Positions 1 to 14,678 of a DNA stretch of 64,000 nt are shown piece by piece. Each line of letters starts with the position of its first letter. Positions within the stretch are counted from its first letter, which is position 1. Under the pieces are notes generated by a model. The model was not told the origin of the DNA. It worked only from the letters and a program-made list of their open reading frames with translations, and did not search any database. Made by a program: the position numbers and the translations under genes. Source of the DNA: Octopus vulgaris (lineage: Eukaryota); assembly GCA_951406725.2 (NCBI GenBank), contig OX597829.1, forward strand, positions 26,350,001-26,414,000, read 5' to 3'.

Positions 1-413
1 TGGCACCAAATCCAAATACACCAGTAGGTATGTCACCGGCGGAACTGATGTTTGTGAGGAAAATAAAATCAGTCTTCGACAAATTGCTACTTGTTAAGAA
101 AAGAAAAATAGCAATGGATAATACAGCAAGATATTTCAAAACTGGTGATAATATATTTGTTAGGGCATATAAGATCGGAAAAGAAAGTTGGGAAGATGAC
201 GTGATTACCAAACGCATAGGAAAAATGTCATACTTGGTAAAAGGAAGGAAAGGAGGAGTACACAAGAGACACATGAATCAACTTAAAAAAAAAAGATTCG
301 TCGACAACAAACCCAAGAGAATGGAAGAAACAATGGAATGGTTATATGATACTTTTCAAGTAAGAACGCCACTACAAAAAAAGAGAACCCAGACGCACAA
401 GCGAAAGAAATAG
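1..413 (+). pseudogene. Gypsy/Ty3 LTR retrotransposon integrase C-terminal fragment (K02A2.6-like), cut by the window edge
   Basis: Translation APNPNTPVGMSPAELMFVRKIKSVFDKLL...FKTGDNIFVR...W..DVITKRIGKMSYLVK...HKRHMNQLK matches the TP..G.SPAELMFGR integrase tail and GPY/F-like region of Gypsy elements. Confidence 0.8.
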
Positions 414-582
414 AAAATGTACGGAGTTACTGGAATTGGATGCCAAACGAAAAAATATTAAATTTCTAACTGTATAAAAATCCCCACTCAAAATAAGGAG
501 GTGGGATGATGTAAAAATTATTGCTAATAAAATGAAATAAAATTACACTCCCTAAGAAAAAAGAAAAACTTAAAAGGGGAGT

Positions 583-775
583 TGGTATGGGGATAATAAT
601 AATAATAATGCAACATCTCTCCCACGTGACGAGTGGTATGTTCTAGACGTTACAAATACTGTGACGTCGAGGAGTCGGGGGTAGTCGTTCATAGATAGTC
701 GTATCTTATTTGTCTAACTAACTATATTGCTATACCAGAGTGGACGTTATAACAATCCGATGTTGGATTACAACA
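583..775 (+). mobile_element. Putative 3' LTR of the Gypsy element
   Basis: Polypurine tract AAAAGGGGAG (572-581) downstream of integrase, followed by a TG...CA-bounded segment (tggtatgg...ttacaaca). No second LTR in the window to confirm. Confidence 0.4.
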
Positions 776-1109
776 GTAACACACTGCCTGAATACCAATC
801 TTGAGTAATTAGGCTTCTCAAAACGGAGAAAGCTGATTCGAAGATTACAGATCCAAACCATCACTGGAACCGTAAAAATCAATAACATTTTCCAGAAGTT
901 TATCATCTAAATATCTATGAGCATGTCTAGGAATGCAAGTATATGCATGAGAATACATACATAAAATAAAACATAGAAATCTTTACGTATACATACATAC
1001 AAAAATACTCTGTTAATGTTGTTGAGATTCCACTGAAGGAACCTTGAATTTAAGTTAGAAATCTTGAAATAAGACTGAATAAAGACATGCATACGTACGT
1101 ACGTACACA

Positions 1110-1151
<42 letters not shown>

Positions 1152-1158
1152 CACACAC

Positions 1159-1211
<53 letters not shown>

Positions 1212-1318
1212 ACAAAAATCGGTCTTGCCAGCTATCAGAGGCGCCAACATGAATGAGGAAGTACAAAGATAAAGAATTACTCGGAAACGACGAGGAGGCG
1301 ACGACGATTTTTTTGCGT

Positions 1319-1362
<44 letters not shown>

Positions 1363-1483
1363 GTGTGTGTGTGTGTGTCTGTGTCTGTACGTGCGCGTAC
1401 GTGTGTGTACACAACAGCAACAATAATAATAATGTAGCTCTGCTTAATAATAATAATAATAATAATAATAATTATATATATAT

Positions 1484-1639
1484 GAGTGGCTGCGTGGTAA
1501 GTAGCTTGCTTACCAACCACATGGCTCCGGGTTCAGTTCCACGCTATGGCACCTTGGGCAAGTGTCTTCTACTGTAGCCTTGGGTCGACCAAAGCCTTGT
1601 GAGTGGATTTGGTTGACGGAAACTGAAAGAAGCCCGTCG

Positions 1640-1703
<64 letters not shown>

Positions 1704-1937
1704 GTGCGCGCGCGTATGTGTGTGCGCGCGCGTATGTGCGTGTGTGTGTGTCTATGTTTGTCCCCCATCATCGCTTGACAACCGATGTTGGTGAGTTTAC
1801 GTCCCCGTAAATTAGCGGTTCGGCAAAAAAGACCGATAAACAAAGTACTAGGCTTACAAAGAATAAATCCTGGGGTCGATTTGCTCGGCTAAAGGCGCTG
1901 CTGCGGCAGTCATATGACTGAAACAAATTAAAGAATA
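1484..1937 (+). mobile_element. tRNA-derived SINE (family A) with internal microsatellite
   Basis: A-box-like tggctgcgtggt, B-box-like ggttcagttcc, CORE-like accttgggcaag, internal (TA)/(TG) tract after gaagcccgtcg and tail gactgaaacaa; about 20 homologous copies in the window. Confidence 0.85.
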
Positions 1938-2484
1938 AATACATACATATATATCATTTATTTATTTAAAGGTCACAGTACATGCATTTAAGGAAAATAT
2001 TTATTTTACCATTACACGGTAAAAAAAAATCCCTTTTGTGCCAGCATAATAACATCTGTTTAAGAAAACTGTGTCCCTGGAAAAGCATGCGAAGTAAAGA
2101 TAGATGCAGATTTTCCTTGTATACTTCGTTTGTATTCATGTTATTGTATAATAGTAATTACAGATAGAGATGGAGTAAAGTTCTAAAAAAGTGAGCTGAG
2201 CTAGTGACAGTGAGAGTCGAGGAAAGTTGTCTCGCATAGTCGCTGATTATAACTTTCCTTTTTCCCTCTGGCCGTTTGTCTTTAGCAGCTGCCTGCTTGT
2301 GGCCACGATTCTAGTGGTCCGTTCACTAACTGATGGTTGCTCTCTCTAACTCGGGTTCTCACTAACTAGCTTTTGCTTGGAGGTTCTTGTTTTTATAACT
2401 ATCCAGAAGGATAGACATATCGTTGAGAACAATAGATTTCGTTGGAGGTCTCTGATATCTGCATTCTAGCTTGACAACCGATGT

Positions 2485-2538
<54 letters not shown>

Positions 2539-2579
2539 TGTATGTATGTATGTATGTATGTATGCATGCAAATATGCAT

Positions 2580-2793
2580 GTGTGTGTATATGTTTGTGTG
2601 TCTGTGTTTGTCCCCCTAGCATTGCTTGACAACCGATGCTGGTGTGTTTAGGTTCCTGTAACTTAGCGGTTCGGCAAAAGAGACCGATAGAATAGTACTA
2701 AGCTTACTAAGAATAAGCCCTGGTGTCGATTTGCTCGACCAAAGGCGGTGCTCCGGCATGGCCGCAGTCAAATAACTGAAACAAGTAAAAGAG
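2580..2793 (+). mobile_element. SINE family A, 3' half
   Basis: gtttgtccccc...cttgacaaccgatgctggtgtg...ggccgcagtcaaataactgaaacaagtaaaagagta matches other copies. Confidence 0.8.
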
Positions 2794-5065
2794 TAGCTAT
2801 TGGTAAAACAGAAGAGGTTAAAAGGGTCAAGTGGCGAAGACATTATTTTGCTTAGCGAAGACATCTGGCAAATGTAACTACTGTCACAGAAAAACTATTG
2901 TTTTACCGTGAGAAAAATGCTGTTGAACTGTTAACTTAAATTTGGCTATCAAGGATCGAATCCACGCCATGCCTGCAAGATCCACTACATATATTAGTAG
3001 TTTCAGTCATTCAACTGCGGCCATGCTGGTCACCGTCTGGAAAGGTTTAGTCGAACAAATTGATTCTAGTACTTTTTTTCCTAAGCTTAGTGCTTATTCT
3101 GTCGGTCTCTTGCATTATCTGTTTGTTTGTATATATTTATAGATACATACAAACAAACATGCATTTATATAATGTAGTCTCTATCTAGGAACATAATCAA
3201 TTTCGGAGACCTGTTGGTTAACCAAATTGTTATTTACATAAATAATTGAAGTAGATGCAATTAAAGATAATCCGTTCCAAGCCCAAACCAAATTCAACAT
3301 CAAATGCATTAAACCATTTTTTGTCCATCCATCAACAGCATATACATAAATATATACTTCTACGATAAATATATACGCATGTGTGTCTATGTACGTGTAT
3401 GTGAGTGAGTGAGCGTGAGCGTGTGCATGTGTGTGTGTGTGTGTGTGTGTGTCTGTTTGAATGCGTGCGTGTTTATATATATGTATCTATGCATGTGAGT
3501 GTGTATGTCTGTTTGAATGCGTGCGTGTTAATACATATGTATCTATGCATGTGAGTGTGTGCGTCTGTATGTCTTTTCGCTTTGTTTTGCTCATCATTTA
3601 CTAATATAATTCGCTGGAGAGAAAATATAATATCATATGAATATTAACATGATTTCCCACTGATTTTGTCATTTTTATTGACACCCTCATGCTCTCATTA
3701 ACAATTTTCATCGTGTACATTTTTCAATAATAGATCCGTAATTACTAAAAACACGAGCGCTCTCATTGTAAACAAATAGTTAGTGTCAATACAAACGGTG
3801 CCAACTTTTTTGTAGTTCTTCAGAAAGAGACGTCCGGGTCGTTCGTTGTTAGTTAGACGTAGGATGACCTAGACCTGTTGAATAAAATTATATTCCTTAT
3901 TTGAAAACAGATAGGGATTAACGTCGGTAAGAGCACCAGGCTGTAAAATAACCTTATGAAATATTCGTCCAAACCCATACCTGCATAGAAAACGGATGCT
4001 AAATGAACGAACGAATACATAAGGACCTAATACACAGTATCCCGACCTCTTCTGCCCTGAGGTAGCCTTGCCAAGCCTTTCAGAAATCCACAGAAGCCGT
4101 ATTAGAAAATCTAATATGACAGTTGTTTTTGTTTTTATTCAACATCAATATAACAAAACTTTGTGCCTGGATAATAACATGTGTGTAAGAAAACTATGTC
4201 CCTGGAATTGATAATAAAACATTTTCGGTACCAGTATAGTATGCAGTCTACCACGGTGTAAAACTATAGCTAGGGTTATCTACCTTAAAAACTACTCGCT
4301 ATCACCTCACCTTTCCACTTGCGGTTTACCTTACATTGAAATGTTGCAGAAAGATTTTTATACACGTGTCATCTTGACAGAGGAAACAGAAGTCACATTT
4401 TTATAAGATTACAATCTGCTGGATACACAACAAGAGGCAGATCCCTGACATCGATATGGTGCTATCATGCAGGAAAAATAAATGCATGATAGAGGTGAAC
4501 AATTCAGGCCTGTACTTCGTTGTCCTCGAAAGAGGTGTCAAACTTCACGTTCAGTTCGTAAAGGAAACCAAATTTTCCATTATACGGACATTAACAGCAA
4601 ATTAAACTGCAAGCTGAGCCTGAGTGAGATTTTAGAACTAATATTTTTCTTTTGTCATGTATATACCCATGACCACAGAAGTGACTCTGACAGGAAAATC
4701 TAAAAATGCAATAACTGTCTGGAACAATATGTGCCGTGAGGTGTGTGGAACCATAGTTCGTCATGAACGACGAGGTTCATGACGAACTATGTTTGGAACA
4801 AATGATGACCCCATTCAGATCAACGAAGCAAGATTTGTTGGTCGACGAAAATACAATTGAGGGAAAATGCTGAATGGCAACAACGCTCCTCTCTTCGAAG
4901 ACAGTAATGCAGAACAGCGAAAGAACAGGAACCATGGATGTAGAATTGATGGGCCGTGGGTTTTTGGTTGCAAACAAGGCTCAGACTATCTATACTTTTG
5001 TGTGGAATGGCGTGACGAAAACAGTCTGATACTACTTATTGAAAGAGAATGTGAAAAAAGTTCAC

Positions 5066-5126
5066 TGGGCCGACCAAAGCCTTGTGAGTGGATTTGGTAG
5101 ACGGAAACTGAAAGAAGCCCGTCGTA

Positions 5127-5166
<40 letters not shown>

Positions 5167-5380
5167 TGTGTGTGTTTGTGTGTCTGTGTTTGTTCCCCTA
5201 GCATTGCTTGACAACCGATGCTGGTGTGTTTATGTCCCCGTTACTTAGCGGTTCGGCAAAAGAGACCGATAGAATAAGTACTGGGCTTACAAAAAGAATA
5301 AGTCCCGGTGTCGAGTTGCTCGATTAAAGGTGGTGCTCCAGCATGGCCGCAGTCAAATGACTGAAACAAGTAAAAGAGTA
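5066..5380 (+). mobile_element. SINE family A, 5'-truncated, inside Merlin transposase
   Basis: Starts gggccgaccaaagcc, ends gtaaaagagta; transposase frame continues on both sides. Confidence 0.85.
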
Positions 5381-5563
5381 ATTCATTCAGATGAATGGCC
5401 CGCTTATAATTATTCAAATGCCATAAGTTATCACCATCTGACAGTGAACCATCAACGACATAATGTGGATCCAGTGACCGAAGAACACATTCAGGCCACT
5501 GAGCGATCATGGTTAGGTTCTAAAACTATGATTCTGAAAAAAAAAAAAAAAAAAAAAATGAGA

Positions 5564-5975
5564 GGCGCAGGAGTGGCTGTGTGGTAAGTAGCTTGTTTAC
5601 CAACCACATGGTTCCGGGTTCAGTCCCACTGCGTGGCACCTTGGGCAAGTGTCTTCTACTATAGCCTCGGGCCGACCAATGCCTTGTGAGTGGATTTGGT
5701 AGACGGAAACTGAAAGAAGCCTGTCGTATATATGTATATATATGTATGTGTGTGTGTTTGTGTGTCTGTGTTTGTCCCCCTAGCATTGCTTGACAACCGA
5801 TGCTGGTGTGTTTATGTCCCCGTTACTTAGCGGTTCGGCAAAAGAGACCGATAGAATAAGTACTGGGCTTACAAAAAGAATAAGTCCCGGTGTCGAGTTG
5901 CTCGATTAAAGGTGGTGCTCCAGCATGGCCGCAGTCAAATGACTGAAACAAGTAAAAGAGTAAAAGAGTAAAGAG
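5564..5975 (+). mobile_element. SINE family A, full-length young copy inside Merlin
   Basis: ggcgcaggagtggctgtgtgg head, (gtaaaaga)n tail; gagaggcg repeated at both junctions. Confidence 0.9.
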
Positions 5976-6831
5976 AGAGGCGTTGGTACTGAACTTTTCC
6001 AGTCACATTTTGATCATTTCTGCTGGAAGATGATGAGGAAAGACTCAGTTGATTTATTTGTATCGTTAAAGTGGATTGTCTTGATTTATCTGGGTAATTT
6101 CTTTATCATATAAAATAATATAAGATTCAATTTTTCTCATTGGTGTAATTTCTTTATAATGTACCAAGTGTTTTTATCTCTGAAATATATGAAGTTTTTT
6201 AATCTTTGAAATAGCTGAAAGATAAGGTAGATAACTCTGGCTATACTGTTTGACACCATGGTGGACCGCATAATATGCTAGCACCAAATTTTCTTTATTT
6301 TACCAATGTTAGTTTATAGTAAACATAAAACAGATGACAATACAAAAATAAAATAGACAACAATACAAAATATAAGATGGCAATAATATTTATTGTTGAA
6401 ATAGTATCAAAATGTATTTTTGACTCTAAATTACCGATCATAATACCACATATGTATATATGTTTTGCGACACCCCAGGGCGGCGTTACACCGGTTGGGA
6501 ACCTGCGACCTAATAAATAAATACAGAAATAATTTTTTTAATATATATGAATAAAAGTAGCCTTACATTAGAGTAGTAATTTGTTCAGTATTGAGGGATA
6601 TGGAAGAGGTGGTGGGAGGAGGCTATTAATGAGAAGAGGTGGCGAAAGAAGTGTCGTCCTTCCTAGCTACTTTTGTTCAGTTTCTTCTGGTTTGTAGCGG
6701 GAACATGTGTTGTTGTATGAAAAGAGCATTAAGTTTTGTTTATATGTGCAACGACCATGTAATTATCGGCTCACCACACAAATTTGTTGCGATTGGCTAA
6801 AATATCCACCACATTAGTTTTTGGCCAGTTA

Positions 6832-7150
6832 TAAACAAAACAGCACAGCTCCCATGACTTTCGGAAGCATTTTTTCACGCTAAGAGTTGCTGAAGTATGG
6901 AACAAACTGCCGGCATCAGTTATTAGTTGTCGGAGCACTGCATCCTTCAAAACTTCCATGCTTCCTGAGATTCGCCAACACTACACCTGATTTTCTCCTC
7001 CCCATACATACGCAAGCATGTATCTGACTCATACACTGTCCACTTTCCAGACATTTGTACATTACTGCATATGCTTTATATGCACTTTTAACAAGTTGTG
7101 GTGCACCTGAGCACTGTATACAATAATTTCATTTATTATTATTTTTATTA
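6832..7150 (+). mobile_element. CR1/L2-group LINE 3' end (ORF2 C-terminus plus 3' UTR)
   Basis: QHSSHDFRKHFFTLRVAEVWNKLPASVISCRSTASFK matches the conserved FF..RV...WN.LP tail, followed by a UTR and (TTA)-rich tail. Confidence 0.8.
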
Positions 7151-7544
7151 TTTAGCCCTGAGTTAAATGTCGCACGGGAATTGGATTGAAAGTCCAATCG
7201 CGATGCGTGTAAGATTTATTTTAAGCGACAAATTCTGTAAGTGTCATGAAGACTTTTTCTTCATGAACTGGTTTGACAAAAATTTTACGAGTTAGATGGG
7301 TGAGCGCTGCCATTGAGGTGATTTGCAGGATCCAGCCTTCCAGAGGAGAATCGACACACAACGGAGTCATATAACCAATGATGGTCTAAGTTTAATTACC
7401 AGGATGCTGGAGAATGACAACCCGATAGAACTTGTTAATGTTTCATTGTGTACGAATTACTGTGTAAATTTTACGAAGGAATAAAACCTCAATGTTTATT
7501 TCAAAGATTGCCTCTCTTATTCATTTATATTCATCGAACACGTA

Positions 7545-9050
7545 ACATAATATTGTACAATGAGATACACGATCCATTCGTAAAAACTGGAGACACCTTC
7601 GTATCTGTTGTGGTTTAGGACTGCGTTATCGCTTTCGTAAAAAAGGCATCAAAGATTAACTGTTTTAACCACGATTTTTGTACCTTCCAAAGGTCGGGCA
7701 TTATGGTGTCATTGAAGTGATTCATGCTCAGACCCACAGTAGCTATAATAGGGTAATATCCATTGACCAGTTTAAAGCTGACCTTCACCAGAAAACAGTA
7801 CAATCTTTACTGCTTCCACTTCTTCGCAAACCATGCTGTTTTCTATTGGCGAGTTCACTCCTGTGCTTCGCCACCAACTCTTCAATGTCAATTGTGTCTA
7901 CTCCAACCTTATGGAATTGCCCAGACAGAGTTTCTTGCAGTGCAGATTTTTTTCTCTTATCCTCAAAACCAAGCCTTCAAGCTCTCTTAGAGGCTTAGCT
8001 TCAGGCTAGAATTACCTTCAAGCAGCGCACAGACTACACACTAAAGCCTCTTTCCAAGCAAGCTGCTATAATCATTAGCATTGCATTAGTAATATTAAAC
8101 TACTTTTCCAAATGTCTTCAGTGTCAAATCACTGGAAAAAGTGGCCTCCAAGCATTTTCTAAAGGGAGCCTTCGCATAGAGTTTTAAACATTAGAAACGA
8201 CTTACAAGTCCACAAAGTGGAGAAGTGGAGAAGTGGAGTTGAGTTGAAAAACAGGAAATGCACTTTTACAAAAACTAAGCCATTCTGGTAATTGGTCCAT
8301 TAAATATGGACGGTAGGTTTAGCCCTTATCCATGCCCTAAAAGGATTTCAGAGGAAGATTGCTGTCACGTGAAACAAGCAAAGCATCTCCCAGTCCTTGT
8401 GGTTCAACCGCCACAAAACAACAAGACGGTTGTTATGAATGTTTTGAATACACTGGACTTTTCTGAGTGGAAAACAAGGAGAACTTTTATCTCACAGCCC
8501 CACAAAGCATTCACACAGTAGTAAGTTTAGCCAGTCAATCATTGGTTAGTGGCCATGCATTGAACTTTCGTTTGTAATACATTATCGACGAAGTATCTTT
8601 TTTCCAAAAGAAAAAAAAAATCCCCGTTTTGTCACAGATGAGTTCCTGCTGCGACACGAAACTACCCTTCTCAATAAGGATTAGAAATATAACGTGACAC
8701 TCACGAACTGCTTTATTTCCTGCATTTGCACACTCACCATGCCACACAACACTATGTAAGCGATTTCCTTTCCGAAATCTGGTAAACCAAGAAAATCCAC
8801 TTGTGTAGTATCACAACCACCTGGAGAATTCGTTCTAAGACCATCAAACAACTGTTTGTTTGTTGCAGAAATTACAAGACCACGCTGTTACAAACAATTT
8901 CATTTTCTTTAATTCACACCAAAAATAAGATTCCTATTTTTTCAAAAAAATTGTTACATGGTATGGCTATTTACTTAGCTGCCCGAATTATTTTGAATTT
9001 ATTATTTTCTTTCAGTTTGGTGCAGATTGTTTTGCCATTCTATATTCGGA
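7545..9050 (-). pseudogene. Tigger/pogo transposase, heavily degenerate
   Basis: Minus-strand pieces across frameshifts: WFTRF..LHSVVWHGE, IEKGSFVSQQELICDKTG.FWKK, FVKVHFLFFNSTPLL, IDIEELVAKHRSEL, matching Tigger1-type DDE_1 transposase motifs. Confidence 0.8.
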
Positions 9051-9059
9051 AATAAAGTT

Positions 9060-9650
9060 GCTAATACTATCAGCATGGTATGCAGTTGCTTGTGATTTCA
9101 GCGATAAGTACAATGTCGATATTAAAGAACTTCTTCGACCTGGGGAACAACTTAGATTCCAAGACGGAAGTCTTCGGACCTTGTTTGCAATTCGGGTGAT
9201 TCTTACAGAATTCCTGGGACCCGCAAGATGACTGGATGGATTCCGGATAGTAGTCTAAGGGAGACAATCCCTTGCGTTTGACCTTTCTTCTTTGTCTGTG
9301 TGTCCGTAAACTAGCCACGTGGCCTTTTCTTTCTCCATTTCGAAGAGAGGTTATAGGCTACCGGTCATTAGGGTCCGATGAGACGTGTGTAAAGCTTTAT
9401 GGATGCGAAACCCTGGGTAACCCTATGAACCGGTCATAATTAACATTCTCTAAATACTCTACTGCTCTATAACTTCGAGTGTGCTTTGTCAAACCATTTG
9501 ACGGTATAATCGTCGTGAAACTTGGATTTTTTCTACACCAGAAGTATTCCGGCCTTGGCATGGATCCTGACAGCGTTCATAGCCCCGTACTCGGGTTGAG
9601 CGCTTCTCTGGAAATACCCTAACTTCACACCCTACTGATTTTAGCCGTTT
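9060..9650 (+). mobile_element. Penelope-like element 3' end (GIY-YIG C-terminus plus pLTR with hammerhead)
   Basis: + frame NLDSKTEVFGPCLQFG*FLQNSWDP parallels CLNSRTGLFA*CPYMAKYLLRFWSPP of the Penelope at 43 kb; HHR follows at 9361. Confidence 0.6.
9361..9433 (+). ncRNA. Type I hammerhead ribozyme (CCGAUGA core variant)
   Basis: Helix I uagggu/acccua extended by uca/uga and ccgg/ccgg; core CCGAUGA; GAAA; palindromic helix III ACCCUGGGU; GUA site. Helix II poorly paired. Confidence 0.7.
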
Positions 9651-9752
9651 ATATATATATAAAGGGAAAGTTTACGAAAATAAACAAAAGACGAAGGGAA
9701 GTGGAGTACAAACAAACAAATGTATTAGGATAGCGCTCAGTAATAGAAAAAG

Positions 9753-9790
9753 TCTTTTACGTTTCGAGCCTACGCTCTTCGACAGAAAGA
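9753..9790 (-). ncRNA. Minimal hammerhead-like motif (Penelope pLTR type)
   Basis: ucuuu CUGUCGA A GAGC-guag-GCUC GAAA CG UA aaaga; core has A6U. A related, more decayed copy lies at 51089-51121 (-). Confidence 0.5.
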
Positions 9791-9848
9791 TACACAGAAA
9801 AAAAATCAAGGAGAGAAAAAATGCGTGTAGGAGCTAAAGATCTATCAT

Positions 9849-11226
<1,378 letters not shown>

Positions 11227-11227
11227 G

Positions 11228-11605
11228 TAGGAGTGGCTGTGTGGTAATTAGCTTGTTTCCTAACCACATGGTTCAGGTTCAGTCCCACTGCGTGACAACT
11301 TCGGCAAGTGTCTTCTATTATAGCCTCGGGCCGACCAAAGCCTTGTGAGTGGATTTAGAAGACGGAAACTGAAAGAAGCCCGTCATGTGTGTGTATATGT
11401 TTGTCTCTTTGTGTTTGTACCCCCTCCCCAGCTTCGCTTGACAACCGATGCCGGTGCGTTTACGTCCCAGTAACTTAGCAGTTAGGCAAAAGATAGAATA
11501 AGTACTAGGCTTACAAAGAATAAGTCTTGGAGTCGATTCGCTCGACTAAAGACGGTGCTCCAGTATGGCCGCAGTCATATGACTGAAACAAGTAAAAGAA
11601 TGAAA

Positions 11606-11610
<5 letters not shown>
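11228..11610 (+). mobile_element. SINE family A
   Basis: Full head-to-tail homology to other copies. Confidence 0.85.
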
Positions 11611-11690
<80 letters not shown>

Positions 11691-11819
11691 CAGAGAGACA
11701 GAGAGGGAGAGAGAGGCAAAGAGAGGGAAAGAAAGAGAGAGATAGAGACAGAGAGAGATTTAACCCAAAACCTTATGTATATATATATGTATGTATGTAT
11801 GCATATGTACATACTTACA

Positions 11820-12676
11820 TATATATGTTTATACACATGCATATATAGGTACAGGATATCAAAAAAGGTAAACAACATGAAAAACGAGAACATGAATTAC
11901 AAAAACATAGAAAACGAACTTTTTTTGATCACGAAAGAAACAAATGGGAAAACGAGACAGACAACATAAAGAACAATCCCTTCGTCAGTTGTCCACTGTT
12001 TTATCTACTCCACATTTTGAGTGTCAGAACAAGATGCGTCTTCATCAAAACAGTCGCTCCCGCAATGCAAATTAAATAAAATTTGGGATTTACAGAGGGT
12101 CAAAGTTGGTAACAAAAACAGGACAGTTAAAACAAACGGTGAGGGTTGTTAAGCCATAACGTGGTGAAGTGGTGAACGCTGGTAAACAAGCTTTGACAGG
12201 AGACAGGCAAAAATGCATGCTATCTCTTGTAGCTGAACGAGAAGAAAGAAAGAAATTCGAGTTAGGAGAAGAAAGATGGCTGCTGGTCACATGTGAACAA
12301 CGAGAGAGTCAACGAAGAAGTGTGAGGGAAAGAGAGGGACAGATAGAGAACGGTAAAAGGAAGGAGAAGAATTAGAGAAATGGTGGGAGAGAAAAAAGAA
12401 AATAGAAAGCGAAAGAGAGAGAGGAATAGAGATTGTGATAGAATAGTGTCGAATCAGCATTATTAAGATAAAACTTACTTGGAAATGGATACGTGGCGTT
12501 CGATCATATAATAATATAAATAATATATATATGCATATATATATGTGTATATACACGTGCATATATGAGTACAGGGCGTCAAAAAACGTAAACAACATGA
12601 AAAACGTACTTTTTTGGAACAACAAAAGAAACAAATAGAAAAACGAGACAGGCGACATAAAGAACAATGCCTTCAT

Positions 12677-12732
<56 letters not shown>

Positions 12733-12995
12733 TAATAAATCATATATATGCATACATACAAACATATATGTACGTACCTACATCTACATGTATATATACA
12801 TGCATATATAAATATATATACGTGTGTACATGACACCACAAATAGACGTAGAACTCAACGAGAAACGAAAAAGTAAAAACAGCATGGAACGGACCATTTT
12901 TTTAACAACGAAAAAACAGAGTACAAGGCAACTACATAAGGAAAAATCCCCTTCATCAGCTGTCCCTAGTTCAACTCCAGCGTGTATCGAAGGTG
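11820..12995. repeat. Dispersed non-coding repeat family in (AT)n (partial tandem modules); homologs at 33500-34185, 34700-35100, 56730-57000
   Basis: Shared blocks aaacaacatgaaaaacg, cccttc(a/g)tcagttgt, gtcaaa(g/a)ttggtaaca.aaacaggacagt and gtcacatgtga recur at these sites. Confidence 0.6.
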
Positions 12996-13262
12996 AGGAC
13001 AGAACACACACACACATATATATATATTGGTATAAAATTTCAGGAAGAGATAAAGTAGTAACAACATATACTAAACAGTAAAGCGAGTAGCTACATCAAA
13101 GTGGCAGATGAACGTCACTACTAGTTTAACCACAGGCGGATTCTCTGCCAGCTGGTTTTCGGTGCAAGCTCTGCACCTTTTATATACAATATATCACTAG
13201 CAGGGGAAGCGATATATAAATTTAGCCCAACAGCTCATATATATATTCAAATTTAATCCAAC

Positions 13263-13334
<72 letters not shown>

Positions 13335-13335
<1 letters not shown>

Positions 13336-14674
13336 TGCTGCTAATTTCAATTCTAATAAATTATTTCTTCTGGCATTTTCGTGCCGGTCATTGTTATTGC
13401 ATCTGCAGGAATTCTGATTTGTGTGCCGTGGTGAAAATCTTCTTCATTGTGATTAAAATGGCACCAAAAGGAAAAGAATTGTCTAAAGATTTGAAGAAAA
13501 TTATTTTTAATTTGCACAAGAATTATTTAGGATACAAGTTAATTAACAACCGAATACATATTAGCGTAAACACAATTGCCAAAGTAATTCAGAAGTACAA
13601 AGCTACTGGATGGCTAAGCAATAAACATCATCCAGGTCGTCCTTCTATTTTAACTGCACATGATATTCGCCACATCCAACGTTGCGTGATGGACGACAGG
13701 CGTCATACCGCTTCATCTTTGGCCCAAGAAGTATCTTCTGATAGTGGAAATGGTGTATCCACCCAAACAGTGCGCCGATGTTTGAACCGGTGTGGTTTTC
13801 ATGGATGCATTTCTCATAGGAAGCCTCTCCTCACTGCCAGGCATAAATCATGTTGTATTTCTTTTGCCGAAGCCTATGAGAGTAAGAGGAAGGAGTTTAG
13901 GAATATTTTTTTTTTTTCTGACGAGACTAAAATCAACTTGTTTGGGTCAGATGATTTGGGTCAAACGAGTATGGCAACAACCAGATGAAAATAATAGCAA
14001 CAAATGCACCGTGCCTACCGTGAAATGGCGACGGAAGTGTTATGCATTGGGGATGCATGAGTGCGCCTGGTGTGGGAGGACACACATTTTTTGAGAGAAC
14101 AATGGATTCAAAACTTTATTGTGACATATTGCAGAAAACAATGTTGAAAAGCATCATGATAATAACCCTAAACACACTTCAAAGATGCCGATTAAGTTTT
14201 TATCAGATAAAAAGGTGAAGGTATTGCCTTGACCTACCATTGTCACTTGATTTAAACCCAATGGAACATCTGTGGGGTGTTTTGAAAAGAAAGGTTGAAG
14301 AGAAAAAAACCGTAACATAACACAGTTGAAAGACATCATTCAGGATAAATGGAGGTTGATTTCATCGGTTAAATGCGGAAATTTAGTCGACTCTATGCCT
14401 TAATGCAGTCATTGAAAGCAAGGGCAGTCACACCGAATATTGAATATAGTAAATAATCCTTTTGGGTGTCCATATTTTTGTATCGTTTGAAAATTAATAT
14501 TTCATTCATATCTTTGAAAATGTTTAATGTTTTGTGTTCCAAATTTGTATAAATGCTTGCATTTATGATATATTTTATTCAGTATAAATTTAGTTTCATT
14601 TCCTTCGGTATTATCAGAGTAATGGCAATTTTACTGAAATCTTTTAGGAGTGTACATACTTTTGTGAGATACTA
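13335..14674 (+). mobile_element. Tc1-like transposon, left TIR missing; transposase from ATG 13458, frameshifted
   Basis: MAPKGKELSKDLKKII paired-like HTH, GRPSILT, TVRRCL, RKPLL, FSDETKINLFGSD, HDNNPKH, LNPMEHLW; right end gtgtacatacttttgtgagatacta with a similar internal copy near 14461 (IR/DR type). Confidence 0.9.
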
Positions 14675-14678
14675 TATA

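Larger units (their letters stand above)
4227..6285 (+). mobile_element. Merlin (IS1595/ISXO2-like DDE) DNA transposon, degenerate, interrupted by two SINEs
   Basis: Imperfect ~60-bp TIRs starting GG (ggtaccagtatagtatgcagtctaccacggtg... / ...caccatggtggaccgcataatatgctagcacc) and 8-bp TSD acattttc/aaattttc (7/8). Transposase motifs IQINEARFVGRRKYN, GPWVFG, IHSDEWPAY..HHLTVNH..VDP..HIQATERSW; the frame resumes MRGVGTELFQSHFDHFCW after the second SINE. Confidence 0.88.

Noticed and set aside
9070-9318. Minus-strand ORF with FNIDIVLIAEIT as a LINE APE endonuclease start
   Set aside because: The plus strand gives a better match (Penelope C-terminal motif followed by a hammerhead), so the similarity is probably chance.
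13140-13200. Minus-strand ggugca/ugcacc GAAAA ccagcugg as a hammerhead
   Set aside because: The CUGANGA box is absent; at best an unrecoverable relic.
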